Source: Thecamonas trahens ATCC 50062 | Lineage: Eukaryota; Protista; Apusomonadida | NCBI RefSeq assembly: GCF_000142905.1 | Contig: NW_013657617.1 | Span: forward strand, 113,211 to 177,210 | Length of the DNA stretch: 64,000 bases | Reading direction: 5' to 3' | Shown here: one piece after another, positions 52,391 to 60,953 of the stretch | How positions within the stretch are numbered: position 1 is the stretch's first letter | Layout: each line of letters opens with the position of its first letter | Notes under the pieces: generated by a model | The model's input: only the letters and a program-made list of their open reading frames with translations | Told to the model about the DNA's origin: nothing | Databases searched by the model: none | Translations under genes and position numbers: made by a program

Positions 52391-52984
52391 TTATGCCTCC
52401 TCGGCAAGCCCGGTCCCAAACCGCCTCCGGTAGTGCTCGGCGCGGGCGATCCTTGCTGCGCGGGCTTCGGTCACTGCGCGGCAGAGGTCCAGGTACGCCA
52501 GCTTGTGGGCAGGACGGGTCCACGAGTGTGGGTGGCACGGCCACGGACGGCCGGCCTGATCGTCACTGTCCGCATCATCGTCGCTCTCGTCGACAAGGTC
52601 GCTCGAGAAGAGCGGCGACGACGAAGACGGCGGCGGTGGAGCCCGGTGTGCAGCTCGCTTGAGACGAGTCGACCGCCGGAGGCGAGGAGCCAGCCCACCC
52701 GTTGTCCGATGCTCGAGTAGAATTGCTACCGGACTCGGCTCGGAGCTGAGGAATGTGCGGCTTTTTCCTGAACCTGGTTGATCACCGCCGTGATCACCGC
52801 CGCCCCGCCTCGGCGACGGCGAGCTTGGCGGCGTGCAGCTAGCGCTCGAACTCGACGAGCTTGAAGAGCTCGATGTGAACGAAAGGTTGATCATGTGCGG
52901 AACGTGGTATGGTCGCTTGGCGGGCACTGGCACAGGAAGCGGCGCCCGCGTCCGCAGTCGCCCAATCCGTCTCGCCCGTCGCAT
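52391..52984 (-). CDS. Hypothetical low-complexity protein
   Basis: Open frame with an ordered-looking C-terminus (HKLAYLDLCRAVTEARAARIARAEHYRRRF). No family recognised. Confidence 0.35.
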   Translation of the reverse strand: MRRARRIGRLRTRAPLPVPVPAKRPYHVPHMINLSFTSSSSSSSSSSASCTPPSSPSPRRGGGDHGGDQPGSGKSRTFLSSEPSPVAILLEHRTTGGLAPRLRRSTRLKRAAHRAPPPPSSSSPLFSSDLVDESDDDADSDDQAGRPWPCHPHSWTRPAHKLAYLDLCRAVTEARAARIARAEHYRRRFGTGLAEEA

Positions 52985-53251
52985 GTCACTGGCGATCGAT
53001 CGCGCACCCGCCACCCCCCCCCCCCCCACCGTGTCCACCCACCCACCCATACATAGATACACACATACACCGATCGCGCGCCATGAGTAGCAGGTGCAAG
53101 CAAGAGCGAATGAGGGAGGGGGCTGGGGTGGGAGAAGATCACATCGTACCTTTGGAAGGGGTCAAGTGGGTGGGCGGATGGGTGGGCGGGTGGCTCGCTC
53201 GGCCGGCGGGCGAACGGCGAGTCTGCCGGTCACTCGACTCATCTCACCACC

Positions 53252-55339
53252 ATGCTCCGCCGACGACATTGGCCATGGCGGCAGGCGGTGGCGACAGCCA
53301 CAGCAGCAGGAGCACGGCGTATGGGCAAGATGATGGTGGACGGGAGACGTGGCGTGTGTGACGCACTTGTAGCAGAGACCGTTCCAAGCTCTGCCGATGT
53401 TGTGGTTGTGGGTGGCGGGCACGCAGGGCTGGAGGCGGCGGCGGCGGCGGCACGGGTTGGCGCGTCGGCAGTCATTGTCAGTCGGTCCCGGGCGGATCTC
53501 GGCGTCATGTCGTGCAATCCTTCCATTGGCGGCATTGGCAAAGGTGCGCTTGTTCGGGAAATCGATGCGCTGGACGGCATCATGGGTCTGGCGGCTGATC
53601 ACGGCGGTGTTCAGTTCAAGGTACTCAACGCGTCAAAGGGCCCGGCTGTCCATGGGCCACGGGCGCAAATGGATCGTGATCGGTACAAGGAAGGTGTATG
53701 GAGAGTGCTGGCAGAGGATGATCGGTATGCAGAGCGGCTGCGAATTGTTGAAGCGTCGGCAGAGGACATTGTGCTGTCCGCTGATGGCAAGCGGGTCGAG
53801 GGTCTGGTCCTCGGCGACGGCTCGGTCATTGCTGCACCGACGGTTGTCCTCGCCACAGGCACCTTTCTTCGCGGTGTTGTTCACATTGGCGGCGAGTCGC
53901 GACCGGCAGGTCGGGCCCAGGAGGCACCGGCGATTGGGCTGGCACATACGCTGGAAGAGAAGCTTGCGCTGCCGCTTGCGCGGCTCAAGACCGGGACGCC
54001 ACCGCGGCTGGCGGCCAACTCGATCGTGACTGACGGCCTAGCGGTGCAGGTGGGCGATGAGCCGCCAGTCCCATTCTCGTTTCTCTCGTCGGGCTGTAGC
54101 CTCGTCTCTGGCGACGAGGCCATCAAGTGTTATATGACCCACACCAACGCGGCGACGCATGCGGTGGTAGCGGGCGCCATGGAGCTGTCTCCGGTGTACC
54201 TCTCTGGCGAGGGCGCCGGCGTCGGCCCGCGGTACTGTCCTTCGCTCGAGGCCAAGGTCGACCGGTTCCCAGACAAGGCTGCGCACCAGGTGTGGCTCGA
54301 GCCTGAGGGCATTGACTCGGACGTGGTGTACCCCAACGGGATTTCAAACGCACTGCCGCTCGAGGTCCAGGAGAAGCTGGTGCGTACCATTGCGGGGCTG
54401 GAGCGTGCTGACATTCTTGTCCCAGGCTACGGGGTCGAGTACGACTACGTGAACCCGGCCAAGGCGCTGACGCCGTGGCTGGAGACGCGGCTCGTGGCGG
54501 GCCTCTTCCTTGCCGGCCAGATCAACGGGACGACCGGTTATGAGGAGGCTGCGGCGCAGGGCGTCATTGCCGGGCTCAACGCCGGGCGACGGGCGCTGAG
54601 CAGAGCTGGTCCCCCGTTTGAGCCATACGTGCTCTCGCGGGCCGACGCCTACGTCGGCGTCCTCATCGACGACCTCATCACCAAGGGCGTGACCGAGCCG
54701 TACCGGATGCTGACATCGCGGGCCGAGTTCCGGCTCGCGCTGCGGCCGGACACCGCCGACGCGCGGCTCTCGCGCGACGGGCCAGGGGTGAGCAGTGTGC
54801 GAGCGGCGCGTGCTGCCCGTGTCGAGGAAACTGCGACCGAGCTGTGGGCGCTCCTCGACGAGAGCGTAGCACTGACGCCGTACGAATGGTCAACGAGGCT
54901 GGGCATGGCGGTGGCACAAGACGGGGTGCGGCGGTCACTGGCAGCGATGCTCGACCGGCCGGGCGCAGACGTACAGGCGCTGGTGGCGGCGGTCAATGCC
55001 GCGTTGCCCGGCATGGTGCCCGAGCGAGTGATTGAGCTTCTCGACCACGACGCTTCGGCATTGAGCGGCGCGGCTGCCACACGGGTCGGCATCCGCGGTC
55101 GGTACCAGCACTACCTTGCGCGCGAGGCTGCGCGGGTGGAGTCAATGACCGCCGCCACTGGCCTGCGGATTCCCGAGTGGCTCGAGTACGAGACGCTGAC
55201 TGAGCTCTCGCTGGAGGAGCGCGAGAAGCTCAGTATGGTCCGGCCGGCGACGCTCGCTGAGGCTGCGGCGATCGAGGGCGTGACGCCGAACGGGGTACAC
55301 CTTCTGATGCGGGCTGTCTCGCGTCGCACAACTTCGTGA
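53252..55339 (+). CDS. MTO1: Mitochondrial tRNA U34 modification enzyme MTO1 / MnmG (GidA)
   Basis: [92 protein letters not shown]. Arg-rich presequence. Confidence 0.96.
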   Translation: MLRRRHWPWRQAVATATAAGARRMGKMMVDGRRGVCDALVAETVPSSADVVVVGGGHAGLEAAAAAARVGASAVIVSRSRADLGVMSCNPSIGGIGKGALVREIDALDGIMGLAADHGGVQFKVLNASKGPAVHGPRAQMDRDRYKEGVWRVLAEDDRYAERLRIVEASAEDIVLSADGKRVEGLVLGDGSVIAAPTVVLATGTFLRGVVHIGGESRPAGRAQEAPAIGLAHTLEEKLALPLARLKTGTPPRLAANSIVTDGLAVQVGDEPPVPFSFLSSGCSLVSGDEAIKCYMTHTNAATHAVVAGAMELSPVYLSGEGAGVGPRYCPSLEAKVDRFPDKAAHQVWLEPEGIDSDVVYPNGISNALPLEVQEKLVRTIAGLERADILVPGYGVEYDYVNPAKALTPWLETRLVAGLFLAGQINGTTGYEEAAAQGVIAGLNAGRRALSRAGPPFEPYVLSRADAYVGVLIDDLITKGVTEPYRMLTSRAEFRLALRPDTADARLSRDGPGVSSVRAARAARVEETATELWALLDESVALTPYEWSTRLGMAVAQDGVRRSLAAMLDRPGADVQALVAAVNAALPGMVPERVIELLDHDASALSGAAATRVGIRGRYQHYLAREAARVESMTAATGLRIPEWLEYETLTELSLEEREKLSMVRPATLAEAAAIEGVTPNGVHLLMRAVSRRTTS

Positions 55340-55349
55340 TACAGCCGCG

Positions 55350-56699
55350 TCACTGTAGGCTGCCGACCGGAAGCGATGACGGCGGCGCACCAACGGGATC
55401 AAACGGGAGGTGGACAAACGGCAGCTCCGCTGACCCGGCAAAGGGCGGAATGAGGTACGGCGCGAGGACTGGTGGGACAGAGATGCCTGTGGGAGTCTGC
55501 CATGCTTCGAGAAGCGCGCAGAGAGTTCGATGGGTGGCGACAAGGGTGGCATTAATCATGTGTACGTGGTTACGTGACGGCACGGTCCGAACGTCAAGAG
55601 CGCGCGCCTGGTAGTCGGTGCACGACGAGGCCGAGACGAGCTCGCCCCATCGGTCGGGCGCGAATTCGGGCGCGGCTGCAAACTCGGCTTCGATGTCAAA
55701 CTTGAGCGCGGCCGCATGCGAAAGGTCTGCCGCTGGCATAGCGACGAGCCGCGTCGAGAGCTCGAGCGAAGCGTAAAATTCGAGGGCGATGTCGACCATC
55801 GAGTCCAGCTCGGCACGCGCGTCGCTTTGCGAGGCGGCGATGACAAACTGCTCTACCTTGTCAAAAACGTGGACTCGGTACAGGCCCGACGCGCTCCGCT
55901 CGCTGGCCTCAGCACGGAAGCACTGCGAGAAGCCTGCGTAGCGGAGCGGGAGCAGATCGGCGTCGAGGAGCTCGCCGGCATGGAGAGCGGCTAGAGGTTG
56001 CTCCGCCGACGGGATGAGCGACTGGCGATTGCTGAGCGTGAACAAGGCAGCCTCGGCAGCTGGCCCGAGCTGACCGGCGCGAGTCAGCATGTCATCGGCC
56101 ATCATGAGCGGCGGAGCGAGTGCAGCAAAGCCGCGCTCGGCGAGAAAGGCAAGGCCGTACGACGCCAAAGCGCGATTGAGCGCCAGGCCCGGCCCGCACA
56201 AGAAATAGCCGCGCGAGCCGGCGACTTTGGCGCCGCGGGCAAAGTCGGCACCACCGATCATGTGAAGGAGGACGTGGTGGCGATGGAGATCAGTCGGCGC
56301 GAGGTAGCCCGAGTCGCGGGAGGCGACAAGCGAGCGAACCACTGTCAGCTCTGCCGGCACCTCTGTGTCGACCAGATTGGGGATGGCGGCGAGTGCTGCA
56401 GCTCGGGCGGCCAGATGCTCGGCCAAGCTCGCGTCTAGAGCGGCAAGCTCGTCTTTGAGCGCCTGTCTCTCTGCGACCAGCTCAGAAGCAGCCTCGCGGC
56501 GATTGCTCTTGTACGCCGCCGCGATGTCGGCCTGGAGCGCCTTGGCCGACACCCGTAGCTCTTGAGCGCGTGCTTTCTCTCCACGGACGGCAGCATCGGC
56601 AGCTAGAGCGTCATCGAGCAGGTGTGACGGGTAGCCGCGGGCAGCCAGCGAGTGTTCCACGGATTGTGGAGAGTGGCGGAGAGTGGCGAGGTCGAGCAT
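55350..56699 (-). CDS. SARS: Seryl-tRNA synthetase, divergent, cytosolic-type signatures
   Basis: MLDL start, coiled-coil arm, IPNLV, RGAKVAGSRGYFL, CFRAEA..GLYRVHVFDKVEQF, ELVSASSCTDYQAR, HMINATLVATHRTLCALLE..G..VP.VL.PY. Confidence 0.9.
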   Translation of the reverse strand: MLDLATLRHSPQSVEHSLAARGYPSHLLDDALAADAAVRGEKARAQELRVSAKALQADIAAAYKSNRREAASELVAERQALKDELAALDASLAEHLAARAAALAAIPNLVDTEVPAELTVVRSLVASRDSGYLAPTDLHRHHVLLHMIGGADFARGAKVAGSRGYFLCGPGLALNRALASYGLAFLAERGFAALAPPLMMADDMLTRAGQLGPAAEAALFTLSNRQSLIPSAEQPLAALHAGELLDADLLPLRYAGFSQCFRAEASERSASGLYRVHVFDKVEQFVIAASQSDARAELDSMVDIALEFYASLELSTRLVAMPAADLSHAAALKFDIEAEFAAAPEFAPDRWGELVSASSCTDYQARALDVRTVPSRNHVHMINATLVATHRTLCALLEAWQTPTGISVPPVLAPYLIPPFAGSAELPFVHLPFDPVGAPPSSLPVGSLQ

Positions 56700-56836
56700 G
56701 ATTGGCTGGTGGCGGACGATGCGGTCGCCGTGTTTGTCTTGCGGGGAGGAGCGAGGGAGCGGGAGAAGCGACGAGAAGGGTAGAGACAGCTCGCGCCGGG
56801 AGGGAGGACGAGTGTTCTTGGATAGAGGAAGGGTAT

Positions 56837-57316
56837 ATGGGTACGGGAGTCAAGCTCAAGAGATATGAGAAGACCCTTGTGGTGCTCTTTGAAGGCCTCG
56901 TGGGGCAAGTGGTCGAGGTGGAGACGGTGTTGGGGACGGTACTCCGAGGAAGGGTCTCTGCTGTGGAATCGACCATGGGCATGCACTTTGTCGAAGCTTG
57001 GCAATGGCAAGAAGCTCTGGCGGGTGCTACCTGTACCTCGGATGGCTCACCCTCGCCCGGCCCGCCGCCATCGGCCCTGCATCTTGGCGCAACCTATCTC
57101 TCCGGCAAGTTCATCCGCTACCTCATGCTCCCGGAGGAGATGGACGTCCCCGCCGTACTAGAGGACAGGATGCGGAAGCGTGAGGCCTCTCTGCTCTCAT
57201 CCAAGCGGATGATCTGGGTACCTGCCTACATCCCCCTCCTCTCGAACCTGCATCGCACATCGAGGCTACATCGCACAGCTCGCGGCCATCAACTAGTGAT
57301 GCGGGCCCGAGCTTGA
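56837..57316 (+). CDS. LSM10: Sm/LSm protein most like U7 snRNP-specific LSm10 (3' end uncertain)
   Basis: Sm1 EKTLVVLFEGLVGQVVEVET..GTVLRGRVSAVESTMGMHF; Sm2 TYLSGKFIRYLMLPEEMDVPAVLEDRM. Confidence 0.65.
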   Translation: MGTGVKLKRYEKTLVVLFEGLVGQVVEVETVLGTVLRGRVSAVESTMGMHFVEAWQWQEALAGATCTSDGSPSPGPPPSALHLGATYLSGKFIRYLMLPEEMDVPAVLEDRMRKREASLLSSKRMIWVPAYIPLLSNLHRTSRLHRTARGHQLVMRARA

Positions 57317-57562
57317 TAGCTGAGAGCCATGACCAATGAAGGTATGAACGTATCGCAGCCTGCGCTGCTGCCGATGGAGGTTGGGTGGACATCGGTCGCC
57401 TACGGAGGTGGACATTGGCATCGACAGCCTGCCTCCTCACACGCGATCCGGGGTGCGGTAGGCAGCAGCAAGTGAGAGCTGGGGCAGGCGGGGTGAGCGG
57501 GCCGGCGGCACGAGTCGGGGACGTGGGAGAGGGAACACTCGACGTGAGAGCGGCAAAGCAAG

Positions 57563-58510
57563 ATGGTGCCGTCGTTTGGCCAGCTGAGCAGGAGCTGGAG
57601 TGGGCGAGTGGGCATTGTGGTTGGTGCTGGTGTCTTGGGATTGGGCGTGGGTGCGTTTGCGGCGGCAGCGGTGGGCTTGGTGAAGGCGGTCGTGTCGCGG
57701 CCAGTGCTGGTGAGCAAGGCTATGGAGATGGGCGCCAAGCGAGTGGTGGTTGTGCCAGCATCGACAAAGGGGGACGATGGCCAAGTGCGGGAGGTGGAGG
57801 AGGGAGGCAGCGATGGCGATGTCAAGATCCTTGGCGTGCTCTTTGATATGGACGGTACGCTGGTGGAGACGTTTGGCATCTGGGCGACGCTGCTGGATGC
57901 GTGCGCGAAGGAGATGGGCTACAAGGACGGCGTCGACCGCGAGGCCTACCGCGGCGTGTTTGGCCAGCCGATGGAGAAGAACGTCGAGGTGTTTATGCCG
58001 GGGGCCGATGTCTCCGCCGTGACCGCCTACTGCAATGCGCACTACGGCGAGTACCTCGACCAGCTTCAGGTGCTGGATGGGGCGTTGGAGGCGGTCGACG
58101 CCGCAGTGGCGCTGTTTGGCTCGCGGGTCGGGCTCGTCACCAACTGCCCGGCAGCTATTACCCAGCTCATCCTGCAGGCAGCCAAGCTCGAGTCGACGTT
58201 CAGTGTGGTGGCGTGCTCGGGCGCCGAGGCTGTGCCGGCGACTCAAATGCTGAGCCCGCGCGCGAGTGGAGCGCGCAAGCTCCGTGGTAAGCCGCACACC
58301 GACATGCTCGACTATGCCGCGGCGCAGCTCGGGCTGGACACTTCCGAGTGTCTGATGGTCGGCGATACGCGGTACGACATGCTCGCCGGCGAGGCCGCAG
58401 GGTGCGTGACGGTCGCAGTCGAGCCGTCGCCACTGGCGCACGTCCAGCTCGCAGGCATCGAAGAGTTTGGCGCCTGGCTCCGGCATCGGCCGCGCACCGC
58501 TGGCGAGTAG
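57563..58510 (+). CDS. HAD-superfamily hydrolase, phosphoglycolate phosphatase-like (start may be 57722)
   Basis: Motif I LFDMDGTL, II GLVTN, III KP, IV MVGDTRYD. Confidence 0.9.
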   Translation: MVPSFGQLSRSWSGRVGIVVGAGVLGLGVGAFAAAAVGLVKAVVSRPVLVSKAMEMGAKRVVVVPASTKGDDGQVREVEEGGSDGDVKILGVLFDMDGTLVETFGIWATLLDACAKEMGYKDGVDREAYRGVFGQPMEKNVEVFMPGADVSAVTAYCNAHYGEYLDQLQVLDGALEAVDAAVALFGSRVGLVTNCPAAITQLILQAAKLESTFSVVACSGAEAVPATQMLSPRASGARKLRGKPHTDMLDYAAAQLGLDTSECLMVGDTRYDMLAGEAAGCVTVAVEPSPLAHVQLAGIEEFGAWLRHRPRTAGE

Positions 58511-58513
58511 AGG

Positions 58514-59764
58514 TTAGTCAAAGTGGACAAACTTGCGGCAAGAGAGCGGAAAGATGGTGAGGACGGTGACGCCAAAGAGGCCGACGACTTCGGCCACCAG
58601 GAGGCCGACGAGCGGCGACCAGAGCTGCGGAGTGGTAAGGGTAAAGTGGGGACGGGCCGAGGCGTAGACTAGGGCGCCGAGGACATAGACCAGGATGCAG
58701 GTGAGGAGGGCCCAGCCGCCGGTCCGGGCCACGCGGCGGATGACGGCAATCGAGTACGTGTGCGGGACGTGGTCGCCATTGTGGGCCGGCCAGACCAGGA
58801 GCGGATAGATGACAGCAGGCGCCATCAGAAGCGCCATGCCCAGGAGGGTGTAGAACTGCGGCGAGGAGAACCAGAGTGCAAAGCCGGCCTCTTCGCCGGC
58901 CCAGAACTGCTCCGATGAGCCGGCAAAGAGAATGCGGGTGTGCGAGAGGCCGACAAGAGCAAAGGTGACGACGTAGGCCAGGATCCACTCATCGTGGATG
59001 GCGATGAGCTGGAACCAGTTCCTCGAGTCGCGCATGCGGAACCAGACTCTTGCAAAGCCTGCAAGCGATGAGAGGACCATGCCGACCAGCAACAGCGCCA
59101 GCCAGAGCGGAGAGAGGGGGCCTGTTCCCGAAGTGAGGAAGAAGAGCGACCAATCAGGAAAAGCAGCGGACAAGTACGCCATGCACGGCAGCATCAACAT
59201 CGACTGAAACAGCAGCGTATACGTCGCGTACTCTGTTTTCCTCCTAGAGTGAGTCCAGTTCGGCATGAGGGCGGAAGGGGAGGGGGGGAGGGAGGGGGGG
59301 GTACTTGTCCGGTACCGAGTTGGAACGCCANNNNNNNNNNNNNNNNNNNNNNNNNNNNNNNNNNNNNNNNNNNNNNNNNNNNNNNNNNNNNNNNNNNNNN
59401 NNNNNNNNNNNNNNNNNNNNNNNNNNNNNNNNNNNNNNNNNNNNNNNNNNNNNNNNNNNNNNNNNNNNNNNNNNNNNNNNNNNNNNNNNNNNNNNNNNNN
59501 NNNNNNNNNNNNNNNNNNNNNNNNNNNNNNNNNNNNNNNNNNNNNNNNNNNNNNNNNNNNNNNNNNNNNNNNNNNNNNNNNNNNNNNNNNNNNNNNNNNN
59601 NNNNNNNNNNNNNNNNNNNNNNNNNNNNNNNNNNNNNNNNNNNNNNNNNNNNACTTGTCCGTACCATTGACAAGGAATGATTCGGTTGAGCGGAGGGCAA
59701 AGGCTGCCGAGCATGCAAACGAGGCGCCGAGGGCAAAGGAGCCCGGGAGGGCGGAGAGTAGCAT
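58514..59764 (-). CDS. Multi-pass membrane protein of unknown function; tentative join(59655..59764,58514..59243)
   Basis: About 7 hydrophobic helices. A phase-2 donor (GACAA|GT at the gap edge) matches the ACTCACTCTAG acceptor at 59244, giving FLVNGTDKRKTEYATYTLLFQ. Confidence 0.65.
   Translation of the reverse strand: MLLSALPGSFALGASFACSAAFALRSTESFLVNGTDKXXXXXXXXXXXXXXXXXXXXXXXXXXXXXXXXXXXXXXXXXXXXXXXXXXXXXXXXXXXXXXXXXXXXXXXXXXXXXXXXXXXXXXXXXXXXXXXXXXXXXXXXXXXXGVPTRYRTSTPPSLPPSPSALMPNWTHSRRKTEYATYTLLFQSMLMLPCMAYLSAAFPDWSLFFLTSGTGPLSPLWLALLLVGMVLSSLAGFARVWFRMRDSRNWFQLIAIHDEWILAYVVTFALVGLSHTRILFAGSSEQFWAGEEAGFALWFSSPQFYTLLGMALLMAPAVIYPLLVWPAHNGDHVPHTYSIAVIRRVARTGGWALLTCILVYVLGALVYASARPHFTLTTPQLWSPLVGLLVAEVVGLFGVTVLTIFPLSCRKFVHFD
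59331..59652. other. Assembly gap inside an intron
   Basis: Run of N. Confidence 1.
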
Positions 59765-60209
59765 TCCCCAGTTGGGGAGGGGGGGGGGGAGGGGGGGAGG
59801 GGGGGGAGGGGGGAGTGAGGTGGGGGTATGGGTATGGGTAGTGGTGTGGGAATGTGGGAGGGAGGGAGGGAGGGGGGGAGTGAGGGGTGAGGAAGGAGAG
59901 AGGAAGGTTTGGCCGGAATCGACTGATTGGGGGGGGGGGAGGAACACTGTTGTGAGTGGTGATGAGTGTACATCCGTGCTGGCTTGGAAGGAAAGAGGGG
60001 AAGGGGAAGGGGATGGGGATGGGTGGATGTGATCGTTCAGTATGGTGTTCATCGACGGTCCATCGCATACTTGGACGAAGCCATGTGGGACGGCTTGGAC
60101 AACAACAAAGTCGCCAGGTGATGGTAGCAGACGGAAGACGTCGAACACGACCACCGCGACCCAGCTAGCGACACTCCTCTCTCCCTCTCTCTTTCAGTTC
60201 AACACAAAC

Positions 60210-60889
60210 ATGTCCGCAGGTGCTCTTGGTTGTACGTCATAGTGTTAGCTTGTGGGTGGGTGGGGAGGGAGGGAGGGTCGTGTGGTGTGGTGTGTAGGGT
60301 GGGGGGGGGGGCGGGGGGGGGGGGGGGCGGGGGGGCGGCGGTCTTTCTTCTGTCACATGTTCTGTCACATGCTCTGTGGTTGGCTGTGCTGTCTTTGGCT
60401 GGAGCCGGGGTACCAGCGGACAGCATTGAGCAGGATATGCTACATGCAGTTTGGTTGCTGTGGGTCTGGTGGTGTAGGTCTGGCGGGAGTCCGCGGCGCA
60501 GCGGGTGGCCAAGTGGGAAGGAAGCGGGCGGGTGACGTGGTGCTACGACCTTTTTCCTGAGAATGGCGAAAACTCACGTGTGATCGATCACGGGTGGCGG
60601 GGCTTGACTGGACGGGGTGGGGACAGCGATCAAGCCGGCTGATGCCGTGGCGCAGGAAGTTGCGACTGCCAACAAGGGCGACATCGAGGGCAAGACTGGC
60701 AAGACTTACGGCACGTTTGATGTGGTGTCGTACGGCACCCAGCTGGTGGCCGGCACCAACTACTTCCTCAAGATCAACACTGGCGACGAGCACATCCATG
60801 CCCGCGTCTACAAGGACCTTGGCGGCGACTACTCGGTCCATTCGGTCCAGGAGGGCAAGTCGGCCGACGATGAGCTGGCGTACTTTTAA
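60210..60889 (+). CDS. Stefin-type (type 1) cystatin; join(60210..60231,60627..60889)
   Basis: MSAGALGS|IKPAD.. via a GTACGT..CAG intron. QLVAGTNYFLKI hairpin and C-terminal DELAYF are typical of stefins. Confidence 0.92.
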
Positions 60890-60953
60890 TCAACGGCCCT
60901 TGTGCGCTTTTCCCCGATGGCAATGCCGTAAACGACACAGCCCAGGTGACGGC

